DNA of 38,678 nt from Candidatus Wolframiiraptor gerlachensis (GTDB lineage: Archaea; Thermoproteota; Nitrososphaeria_A; Caldarchaeales; Wolframiiraptoraceae). The stretch covers positions 1 through 38,678 of the forward strand of contig JAJPCT020000006.1 of the NCBI GenBank assembly GCA_021323375.2, in the 5' to 3' direction. The notes under the pieces are model-generated. The model ran no database searches. It saw only the letters and a program-made list of their open reading frames with translations, and was not told the DNA's origin. The position numbers were made by a program, and so were the translations under genes. This document shows, in pieces, positions 1 through 7,164 of the stretch (position 1 is the first letter of the stretch; every line of letters starts with the position of its first letter).

Positions 1-2
1 AA

Positions 3-104
3 ATCCTGATAAAAATTAGGGGTAGGGCTACAGAGAAAGATGTTGTATACCTAATATTCACTTTTCAAGCAATAATAGGCTTATTAGGATTATGGGTTTT
101 GTGA
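3..104 (+). CDS. 3' end of a membrane protein gene, possibly MraY/AglH-like glycosyltransferase family 4 (partial)
   Basis: Not in ORF track. Frame reads ILIKIRGRATEKDVVYLIFTFQAIIGLLGLWVL-TGA(102-104); the TE-x-x-VV plus terminal hydrophobic helix resembles AglH/MraY C-termini. Only 33 codons visible. Confidence 0.35.
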   Translation: MLIKIRGRATEKDVVYLIFTFQAIIGLLGLWVL

Positions 105-250
105 GAAAAAACTTATTTTTTAACAAATCCACTATAGTCGATCCTCGGCAGGTTAAAAAAGTTACGATTCTTTAAAAATTAAGAATCTTAAAATTTTAAT
201 ATTCTTAAGACCCTCATAATAGCGAGAAAATGAGGCGCGGAAACTCCCCC

Positions 251-258
251 TTAAAGCC
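251..258 (+). promoter_or_regulatory. TATA-like TTAAAGCC promoter motif
   Basis: 30 nt upstream of ATG 281; same motif at 1891(+), 1870(-), 4981(-), each 30-32 nt before an ATG. Confidence 0.6.
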
Positions 259-280
259 AGCCTATGAGAATGCCACGGTG

Positions 281-583
281 ATGGAAGCTGAGAGGCTTGT
301 CGAGATAAAGGCCAAGGTTCCAGAGAGGGTCGCGAAGTTCATAGGCTATGCCTCTAGGCGGCTCCACATCCCAGAAGAGGAACTGTATGCGAGGCTTATC
401 GGGGACGCCTTAAGCGCTTTGGAGAGTTACATGAGCCATCCTGAGGGCTGGACTCGCTTTGTTGGCCTGAGCCTTGAGCCGGTCTTGTGTTATGCTCTCG
501 CGAGCCTAGCCGAGTCGTTTGTGGGAAGCTATAGTAGCCAAAACTTCAGACGCATGCTAGAGGCAGAGGAAGTGGATGCCTAA
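281..583 (+). CDS. Small putative DNA-binding protein (RHH-like N-terminus)
   Basis: LVEIKAKVPERVAKFIGYASRRLHIPEEELYARLIGDAL has a strand-helix-helix pattern. Start moved from 230 to 281 by promoter spacing. Confidence 0.5.
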   Translation: MEAERLVEIKAKVPERVAKFIGYASRRLHIPEEELYARLIGDALSALESYMSHPEGWTRFVGLSLEPVLCYALASLAESFVGSYSSQNFRRMLEAEEVDA

Positions 584-701
584 CGTATGCGCTTCTTCCC
601 TCCTCCCTTTTTTTCTGCATACCTAAGAAGGTGATGATGCACACATGGCTGCCGGAGGCCCGCATACGCTAGCCTCAGAGGCTGGGGATGGGATTGCATA
701 T

Positions 702-1031
702 ATGCATAAGCGGAGGAGCTTCACATGCAGGTATTGTGGAGAGAGCTTTGGTAGCATGGCCAGCCTCGCGGCGCATATCTCCTGGCGCCACAGCCAGAAG
801 CGCCAGAAAAGCCGTGAAGAGCGGATCATAGAGCTGTTGGAGGAGCTTTTGGCAGAGGTCAAGGCTCTCAGGCAGGATCTCAAAAGCCTGAAGCTTGTCG
901 AGTATACGAGGAGGACCGAGGAAAAAGTCAGGGAGATCAGGCAAGAGAGGCCTCCTGATAAAAAGCTCCCAAGCTTTCTTATAGGCAATCCATGGCTTGA
1001 CATCTTATCAAGGAGGGCTGAATCAGACTAG
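702..1031 (+). CDS. C2H2 zinc-finger protein with coiled coil
   Basis: FTCRYCGESFGSMASLAAHISWRH is a C2H2 motif, followed by a heptad-rich helix. ORF track start 645; 702 preferred. Confidence 0.75.
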   Translation: MHKRRSFTCRYCGESFGSMASLAAHISWRHSQKRQKSREERIIELLEELLAEVKALRQDLKSLKLVEYTRRTEEKVREIRQERPPDKKLPSFLIGNPWLDILSRRAESD

Positions 1032-1044
1032 ATAATGAACAAGT

Positions 1045-1241
1045 AGGCGCCTCGATGAACAAAGATGTTCATCCGTTAGCGTCCGCGGACGCTAACGATT
1101 TAAAAAGGAAAGGTATTTTCGCCTTCTCTCCCTAGTTCTAATTCCTCTTTTAATGTGGTTGAAGAGCAATTCAACCGCATCCTTAAATATCTTGGAGATA
1201 TTTACCGGCAAATACCTCGCCCATCAGATATATATCTGGTG
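1045..1241. repeat. Cluster of six inverted repeats/palindromes
   Basis: AGGCGCCT 1045-1052; GATGAACA-AAGA-TGTTCATC 1054-1073; perfect 24-bp palindrome CGTTAGCGTCCGCGGACGCTAACG 1074-1097; stems at 1153-1180, 1184-1204, 1222-1241. Confidence 0.85.
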
Positions 1242-1269
1242 TATGTAGCTAAAGGGAGGGGCGCTCTTT

Positions 1270-1653
1270 CTATATAGTTTGGAGCTTCTCGGTCTTCCGC
1301 CACGTGAGGTTTTCTGTTAGCGGCAGCATGCAGGCCGGACACCCGGGGTATCGTATTTCTAGGCCGAGTTTGGGGACCGGCAGGTGGATGTTGAGGATCT
1401 CGGTCCTAAACCTGTTTCCTTGGAATCTGTAGCCGCAGTGTGGGCAGACTTCAGGCTCGAGTATCAGATCCCCTTTCCCTCTTTTCTCGGCCTGCTCCCC
1501 CTCTATGATAACCCCCCCCTTTTTCTCATTAAGCTCCTTCTCAGCCAGCTCTCTCAGGAGCCTGTTGAAACTCCTCGCGCCCCTCCGGTCTCTAAGCTCT
1601 CTTAGGAGGTCATAGGTCTCGGGCGAGACCCTAATCGTGACCACCATCCCCAT
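1270..1653 (-). CDS. RHH/VapB-like DNA-binding domain fused to a Zn ribbon
   Basis: VVTIRVSPETYDLLRELRDRRGARSFNRLLRELAE (RHH pattern) plus CPHC...CPAC. Confidence 0.7.
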   Translation of the reverse strand: MGMVVTIRVSPETYDLLRELRDRRGARSFNRLLRELAEKELNEKKGGVIIEGEQAEKRGKGDLILEPEVCPHCGYRFQGNRFRTEILNIHLPVPKLGLEIRYPGCPACMLPLTENLTWRKTEKLQTI

Positions 1654-1840
1654 TCACCTCTAATCTCACCTGACCATACTCGGCCTCAATCACCTTCGGG
1701 GCCGGGATTATCTCGACCCCGTTTTCAGGCCTCTCCCCTAGGAGCCTGAGGATGGCTTCTGAGAAGTCGTCTAGGCTGTTCCTATCCATCCACGCGCAGA
1801 GCTTGATCAAGGCCTTCTCAGAGATCCGGATAAGCGGCAT
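1631..1840 (-). CDS. Small RHH-like protein
   Basis: MPLIRISEKALIKL...DDFSEAILRLL; overlaps the next gene; TTAAAGCC 30 nt upstream. Confidence 0.6.
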   Translation of the reverse strand: MPLIRISEKALIKLCAWMDRNSLDDFSEAILRLLGERPENGVEIIPAPKVIEAEYGQVRLEVNGDGGHD

Positions 1841-1848
1841 CGTTAGAA

Positions 1849-1898
1849 ATGCATACGTGCTTGGCTTTAAGATGCATGCGTGTATCCCCTTTAAAGCC
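1849..1898. promoter_or_regulatory. Divergent promoters with an operator-like direct repeat
   Basis: TTAAAGCC at 1863-1870(-) and 1891-1898(+); ATGCATACGTG (1849-1859) and ATGCATGCGTG (1872-1882) flank the minus-strand TATA. Confidence 0.6.
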
Positions 1899-1922
1899 TA
1901 GCTCTCCAAGGTTATTTTACTG

Positions 1923-2120
1923 ATGCTGGTGAGGGTTCTCGCGAGAATCCCAGAGGCTTTTAGGGGCCAGAATGTGACGCGCGCTAAGCTCGCCTTCTGG
2001 GATTCAAGCATCTCCGCCTTCGCGCGATCCATTAAGCATCTTGATGGCGAGGAGGTTGAGCTGGAGTTCGAGATATCGGATATGAAGATTGAGCTCGCTC
2101 ACTGTTGGGATGAGGTCTGA
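1923..2120 (+). CDS. Hypothetical protein
   Basis: 65-aa ORF with TTAAAGCC 32 nt upstream. Confidence 0.5.
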   Translation: MLVRVLARIPEAFRGQNVTRAKLAFWDSSISAFARSIKHLDGEEVELEFEISDMKIELAHCWDEV

Positions 2121-2211
2121 CATCTTTCTCGCTGTTGATGAGAAGGGGGAGGGTTATGCGATCAGGAAATGGATGGCGGCAACCCCGATAAAAGCGGAGA
2201 CGCTCAGGTGA
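2110..2211 (+). CDS. Possible 33-aa protein
   Basis: MRSDIFLAVDEKGEGYAIRKWMAATPIKAETLR; overlaps the previous stop; its TGA lies in box C of the sRNA. Confidence 0.3.
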   Translation: MRSDIFLAVDEKGEGYAIRKWMAATPIKAETLR

Positions 2212-2264
2212 TGAGCCTTCGCCTTGCTGAGCCTGAGGGCTATGATGAGCCTCCTTCTAGCTGA
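2208..2264 (+). ncRNA. Box C/D sRNA (double guide)
   Basis: C GTGATGA 2208-2214; guide GCCTTCGCCTTG; D' CTGA 2227-2230; GCC-TGAG-GGC hairpin; C' ATGATGA 2242-2248; guide GCCTCCTTCTAG; D CTGA 2261-2264. Both guides are 12 nt. Confidence 0.7.
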
Positions 2265-3508
2265 TCTAGCTCCTCCTCAAGCTTTCTGATATGCCTCTTC
2301 ATCACCAGGTAGGTTATTAGGGCGAAGATTAAGGCCGTGGCCGCCATTATCCACGTCCACATCTTGAACCAATTAGCATTACGCTGATACATCGCGAGGT
2401 AGTCGAGGCATACGCTATAATTCGCGTTCAAGCTATTATATTCATTGACCAGTCTCCTTATCGTTTGGTTGCATTTCTCGCCCAGCTCCAAGCCCAGAGA
2501 CACGCAATAGGACAAGTTCGCCCTCAGCATCTCATTCTCCTCTTGGAGGCGGCTTATGATTATGTCCGCTGTCTGGAGCTGGCCCCATAGGTCCGCGGCC
2601 TGCTCCTCTAGGGCCGCGCTCATGACCCGGAGATCCTCGTTCTCCTGCCTGAGCCTCCGGTTCTCGTCATTAAGGTATGTGATGACATCGCTCGCATTTC
2701 TTAGATGATCCCAGAGCTTATCCATTTCAGCCTCGACCGACTTGACCCGATGTCGAAGCTCCTCATTCTCCCTCCTGAGCTGCCGTAGCTCGGCATCATA
2801 TGGAATGACCATCTTATATTCTAGGCCATCGGGTAGGGCTATTATCTCGAAGACCTCGCGGAAACTGTGGTTAAAGAATATCTCATGGATGGCGTAGAGG
2901 TCGAGGGTCGATGGATACGTTTTCTCGTTCTCCGCGGCGCCGCGCATAAGCTCAAACTTCCCATCGCCAGTGCGATCTTGGAATGCGTGTCCAAGGCCTA
3001 ATGCATGTCCAAGCTCGTGGAAGATCACTCCCCAAACCCACTCCGCTGATCCCCTATCGAATAGATTGCAGGCCACGTAGATTTGGGACTGGTAGGGGGT
3101 CCAAGCGCCCGTGAAGTTCGTATATGCTATGACCCCTTCCTGCCTGATGACCCTGAAAGTTATATCGGCCTCGCTATGATCGGAGACGTTTACAAACCAT
3201 ATTTCTAGGAGCCTGTGGAATTCCGGATGCTCATCGACAAACCGGAAGACCACTTTGCGGAACGACCTTAAAACATCGTAGAACATTGATGCAAACTCCT
3301 TTTGATATTGGCAGGTGAACTCTTCTCCATGATCCGCGTCTAGGGCGGTTGGATAAACATAGACCTTCAAGGGGAGTGCATTTGACGGCGGGGGAGTGAT
3401 ATATATTCGTGGTGATGTCGCGGAGGCGTGGACATAGCTAAAACTAGAAAAGAGCGCTAAAGCTAGCATTAACGTCAGAGTGAGAAGCTTTGAAACCGCG
3501 CTGCTCAA
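2240..3508 (-). CDS. Membrane-anchored matrixin-like (metzincin) metalloprotease with coiled-coil stalk
   Basis: Signal peptide; HELGHALGLGH zinc motif; probable Met-turn (ELMRG); long coiled coil; C-terminal TM. Confidence 0.8.
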   Translation of the reverse strand: MSSAVSKLLTLTLMLALALFSSFSYVHASATSPRIYITPPPSNALPLKVYVYPTALDADHGEEFTCQYQKEFASMFYDVLRSFRKVVFRFVDEHPEFHRLLEIWFVNVSDHSEADITFRVIRQEGVIAYTNFTGAWTPYQSQIYVACNLFDRGSAEWVWGVIFHELGHALGLGHAFQDRTGDGKFELMRGAAENEKTYPSTLDLYAIHEIFFNHSFREVFEIIALPDGLEYKMVIPYDAELRQLRRENEELRHRVKSVEAEMDKLWDHLRNASDVITYLNDENRRLRQENEDLRVMSAALEEQAADLWGQLQTADIIISRLQEENEMLRANLSYCVSLGLELGEKCNQTIRRLVNEYNSLNANYSVCLDYLAMYQRNANWFKMWTWIMAATALIFALITYLVMKRHIRKLEEELDQLEGGSS

Positions 3509-4950
3509 GGTCGTTCACCGGCTATGAAGACGAACTGGCTATATGGATAGTATATGATTACTGGTGACATCAGGAGGTATCGTCCTGCATAATAGCCTCC
3601 CCCATAGCCTCCTCCGCCTCCTCCACCATATTTTTCGACATACTTTGTTACCGTCACAGTTCTAGTGACGGTCGTCACAACAGGATAAGGCTCAGGAACC
3701 TTGACTGTCTCTTTTATGGTCGTCTTGACTGTCGTGGTCGTTACCTCCCATCTGGTTTCGACCTTTGTTAGGGTTTGGGTTTTGTATCTCGTGGTTGTCT
3801 GGGTTATTGTCTGGGTTGTCGGCTGGGTTACGATGGACGTGACGGTCTGGGTTTTGGTGTAGGTTGTCCCGGGCTCCGTGACCGCGTATGTGGTGGTGTA
3901 GGTTATGGTTTGGCCGGGCAGGATTATCAGCTCCGTCTCCGTGACCTTGGTGGTGTATGGGACGGTCACCGTGATCGTCCTTGTCTCCACGACCGGCGTC
4001 ATGCCCTCCATGCCGGACTCAGATGCCACCATGACCTCTGCTAGCGGCGCCACCGTGACATCTTTCTCGACTATCATCTCGAAGTCGCCGGTCTCCTTGA
4101 ACTCGAAGCTGAAGCAGCCGAGCTTTGCGTCCTTAAGCTCCCTTACCACGGGCTCCTCGTCCCCCTCGAACTTGACCACGCCTTGGTAGTCGGCGTAGAA
4201 GCATATCTCCCGCTCCTTTGTCTTCGGAGGCTCATTCGGGATCTGTAATCCCCCAGTGGGCCTCTCTCCGGCGAGGATCTTCCTCGCAAGTTCTTTCTCC
4301 CCGAGGGCCATTAAGTGGAAGACCTTCCCGGGGACTGACAGCTTCTCGAACTCCATCTTCTCCGGCGGGACGCCTTTCCCGGCCCTCTCAAGGGCCTTCT
4401 CGTGGATCACCTCGCCGTCAACGCTCACCTTGACCTTCACGTTGAAGCTGTATTCCTCCGGGATGCCTTGGTATGTCTTGACCCTGAGGATCGGCCTTAC
4501 CCATACTTCTCCCTCGAGGCCCCTCTGATGGTCGTAGAGCTTGAGGGCCCTGTAGTCCCCGAGCTTGGGCTTCACGTAGATGCCGGACATACCTATGAAG
4601 CCGGCCTGAACCCCCGAGAACTTCTGCGTGAAGATGAATGATTCGCCGCTCGTGGAGGTGTAGCCGATCTCGGCCTCGAGTCCGACCGATTCAACCTCAC
4701 CGGAGAGGGCCTTGCCGAGGTTGCTGAAGGCCTTGACTACTGGTGCTAGGGGACCCCAGTCCCTCTCGATCACCAGCTCCTCGGCGGGCTTGATGCCCGG
4801 GACGCTTATCCGCGGCTGCGGCCTCGTCACCGTTATGATCGGCTGGATGGCCATGGTCAGCCCGATCATCAATAGCAGGATTATGCCTAGCGCGAGGATG
4901 AGCCTGTGGCCCTCACGCCGCCTAACCCCGTAACCAGCCTTTCCCTTCAT
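3505..4950 (-). CDS. Membrane/surface protein with Thr-rich stalk
   Basis: N-terminal TM, beta-rich domain, long Thr/Val-rich tract, Gly/Tyr tail. Start 4950 by promoter spacing (track 4965). 4-nt overlap with the protease gene. Confidence 0.7.
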   Translation of the reverse strand: MKGKAGYGVRRREGHRLILALGIILLLMIGLTMAIQPIITVTRPQPRISVPGIKPAEELVIERDWGPLAPVVKAFSNLGKALSGEVESVGLEAEIGYTSTSGESFIFTQKFSGVQAGFIGMSGIYVKPKLGDYRALKLYDHQRGLEGEVWVRPILRVKTYQGIPEEYSFNVKVKVSVDGEVIHEKALERAGKGVPPEKMEFEKLSVPGKVFHLMALGEKELARKILAGERPTGGLQIPNEPPKTKEREICFYADYQGVVKFEGDEEPVVRELKDAKLGCFSFEFKETGDFEMIVEKDVTVAPLAEVMVASESGMEGMTPVVETRTITVTVPYTTKVTETELIILPGQTITYTTTYAVTEPGTTYTKTQTVTSIVTQPTTQTITQTTTRYKTQTLTKVETRWEVTTTTVKTTIKETVKVPEPYPVVTTVTRTVTVTKYVEKYGGGGGGGYGGGYYAGRYLLMSPVIIYYPYSQFVFIAGERP

Positions 4951-5180
4951 CAATAAACACGGCATAGCTACTTGGCTTTAAAACCGATTCTCTTCGCCAC
5001 GATCGCGGATGCCTCACTCCTCGTAATGTTGTTGTCGGCTATTTGCATGAAAAATAAACTTTGGCAAAAATGAAGATCTATAACGCAATGGACTTCTAGC
5101 CAGTTTCTTCCCCCCTACTCCTCGGCGCATGTTTCCCTCAATTCATCAATTCCACGCGTGTCCTTTTTTTATCTCTACAT

Positions 5181-6362
5181 CTACCAGGGCTTCTCCAAGG
5201 ATAGTATTGTGATGTAGGCGAAGTGTCCTGTCCCTCCAACATTATGTACTAGGGCTTGGCCATGTTTTATTGTTGCTTGCCTTCCTCGGTCTACTTCTTG
5301 TCGAAGCTGCTTAACGGCCTCATAGATCATTGCTAGGCCTGAGGCGGCTATTGGGTGTCCCTTTGCCTTAAGCCCTCCATCGGTGTTGACTGGGATTAGG
5401 CCTCCTATGTATGTCTGCTCCTCCCTCGCGAGCAGGTATCCCTCTCCCCTTTTAGCGAACCCGAGATCCTCGTAGGCGATTATCTCCGCTATCGTGAAGC
5501 AGTCGTGGATGAGGGCGAGGTCGAGGGACTTCACGGGATCCTCTATCCCGGCCTTCCTGTATGCCTGCTTAGCCGCTTCAACCACGCTCTCTATCGAGAG
5601 GAGGTCTCTTCTCATTGTGAGGTTTGCCGGCGCTGTCGCTATCCCCTGAGACTTCACCCAGACTGGCGTATCCGTGAGCCTTGAGGCGATCTTCTCCGAT
5701 GCCACGATGGCCGCGGCGGCGCCATCCGTTATTGGCGAGCAGTCATAGAGCTTGAGAGGCCAGGCCACATACCTAGAATTTAGGACATCCTCGATTGTTA
5801 TCCTCTTCTGGAATTGAGCCTTCGGGTTCATCGAGCCATAATAATGGTTCTTAACCGCGATCTTCGCGAGATCCTCCTCGGTCGCGCCATACTCATCCAT
5901 GTAGGCCCTGGCGAAGAGGGCATAGTATGCGGGGAATGTAAGACCGAGCGTCTCGAATTCCCAGAAGAAGTTTCCTCCCCTGCCAAGGAGCTCTACTATG
6001 GCGGGTGTTGATGCCAGCTCATTCATCCTCTCAGCCCCAACCGCGAGGGCTATATCCGCGTAGCCGGATTCAACGGCCATGCAGGCTGCTGCGAGCGCTG
6101 CGCTCCCGGATGCACAGGCCGCCTCAACCCTCATCCCTCCCCTTGGATTAAGCCCAGCATACTCGCATACTATCGGGAGTGGGAAGAACTCGCCGCTCCA
6201 CCCGCCGACGTTGCCGAAGGCGATGAATCCTATATCCTCTCTGGATACGCCAGCATCTCTCAAAGCCTCATCAACGGCCTTGAAGGCCAGCTCTGGGAGC
6301 TGGTGCTCCAGATCCCTCCCAAACCGCGTCATCCCAACGCCTATTATCGCGACGACCATCAA
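5181..6362 (-). CDS. Thiolase-family protein (archaeal SCP-x type acetyl-CoA acetyltransferase)
   Basis: VEAACASGS, HDCF, GGLKAKGHP, HNVGG motifs. Confidence 0.9.
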   Translation of the reverse strand: MMVVAIIGVGMTRFGRDLEHQLPELAFKAVDEALRDAGVSREDIGFIAFGNVGGWSGEFFPLPIVCEYAGLNPRGGMRVEAACASGSAALAAACMAVESGYADIALAVGAERMNELASTPAIVELLGRGGNFFWEFETLGLTFPAYYALFARAYMDEYGATEEDLAKIAVKNHYYGSMNPKAQFQKRITIEDVLNSRYVAWPLKLYDCSPITDGAAAAIVASEKIASRLTDTPVWVKSQGIATAPANLTMRRDLLSIESVVEAAKQAYRKAGIEDPVKSLDLALIHDCFTIAEIIAYEDLGFAKRGEGYLLAREEQTYIGGLIPVNTDGGLKAKGHPIAASGLAMIYEAVKQLRQEVDRGRQATIKHGQALVHNVGGTGHFAYITILSLEKPW

Positions 6363-6463
6363 ACTTCACGCATAATGCCTTGCTTTAGACCTTCCGGATG
6401 CCTTCTCAGGACCATGTGGGGAAAGATTTTAGCCGAGGAACGGCGAGCCGAGGATAGGATGGA

Positions 6464-7132
6464 ATGAGCGTTGATGCTGTTGTCTTCGACCTAGATGGAA
6501 CTCTTACGAGCTTCTCTCTCAGGATACTGGATGCGAAAAGGGAGTTTGTTAAGAGGATTAGGGGGATGGGGATAGATCTTGGAGCCCTCGACGAGCGTAA
6601 ACCAGCCGAGATAATCATCACGTATCTCGAGAGGTTTCATGGTATTCCGAGGGAGTATTCTAGGAGGATCTTGGATGAATGTATTGAGCCATATGAGCTT
6701 GAGGCCGCTGAGAGGGCTAAGCTCAGGGGTGATGGGCGCACGGTCTTGGAAATGCTTAGGGGCGCCGGATACAGGCTCGGCCTAGCCTCGAATAATAGCA
6801 GGAAATGTGTTGAGATTATCCTCGCGAGGCTGGGGATTCGCGACTTCTTCGACGTGATCGTCAGTAGGGATGACGCTGTGAGGATGAAGCCCCATGAGGA
6901 GATCATTGTCAAGGCGATTGAGCGCCTGAAAACACTTCCTCGAAGAACCGTATATGTTGGGGACTCGGCTGTGGACGTGATAGCTGGAAGGAGGGCTGGA
7001 GCGCATGTCGTGGCGATAGCTGGGGGAGCAGACCCAAGGGAGAGGCTCCTCGAGAACGGTGCAGACTTTATCATAGACGAGCTCGATGAGCTACTAGAAG
7101 TCTTGGAAGTTATCGAAGAGCGAGCTTTATAA
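6464..7132 (+). CDS. HAD-superfamily hydrolase (phosphoglycolate phosphatase-like)
   Basis: FDLDGTL, SNN, KP, VGDS..D motifs. Confidence 0.9.
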   Translation: MSVDAVVFDLDGTLTSFSLRILDAKREFVKRIRGMGIDLGALDERKPAEIIITYLERFHGIPREYSRRILDECIEPYELEAAERAKLRGDGRTVLEMLRGAGYRLGLASNNSRKCVEIILARLGIRDFFDVIVSRDDAVRMKPHEEIIVKAIERLKTLPRRTVYVGDSAVDVIAGRRAGAHVVAIAGGADPRERLLENGADFIIDELDELLEVLEVIEERAL

Positions 7133-7164
7133 GAGCCGGACTCAACTAACATAACAGGAGTATC

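Larger units (their letters stand above)
105..5180. mobile_element. Putative virus/plasmid-derived island (boundaries approximate)
   Basis: Cluster of small RHH/C2H2/Zn-ribbon genes, orphan membrane proteins, shared promoter motif, palindrome cluster; no housekeeping genes. No integrase or att site seen in the window. Confidence 0.45.

Noticed and set aside
631-652. GTGATGA as box C of another sRNA
   Set aside because: Followed by CTGC rather than CTGA, with no C'/D pair.
1092-1211. Minus-strand mini-ORF (LPVNISKIFKDAVELL...) resembling an RHH helix
   Set aside because: In-frame TGA just upstream, under 40 codons, and it overlaps the palindrome cluster.
3630-3990. Repetitive DNA suggesting an array
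   Set aside because: Explained by Thr/Val codons of the surface protein; no fixed repeat-spacer period.
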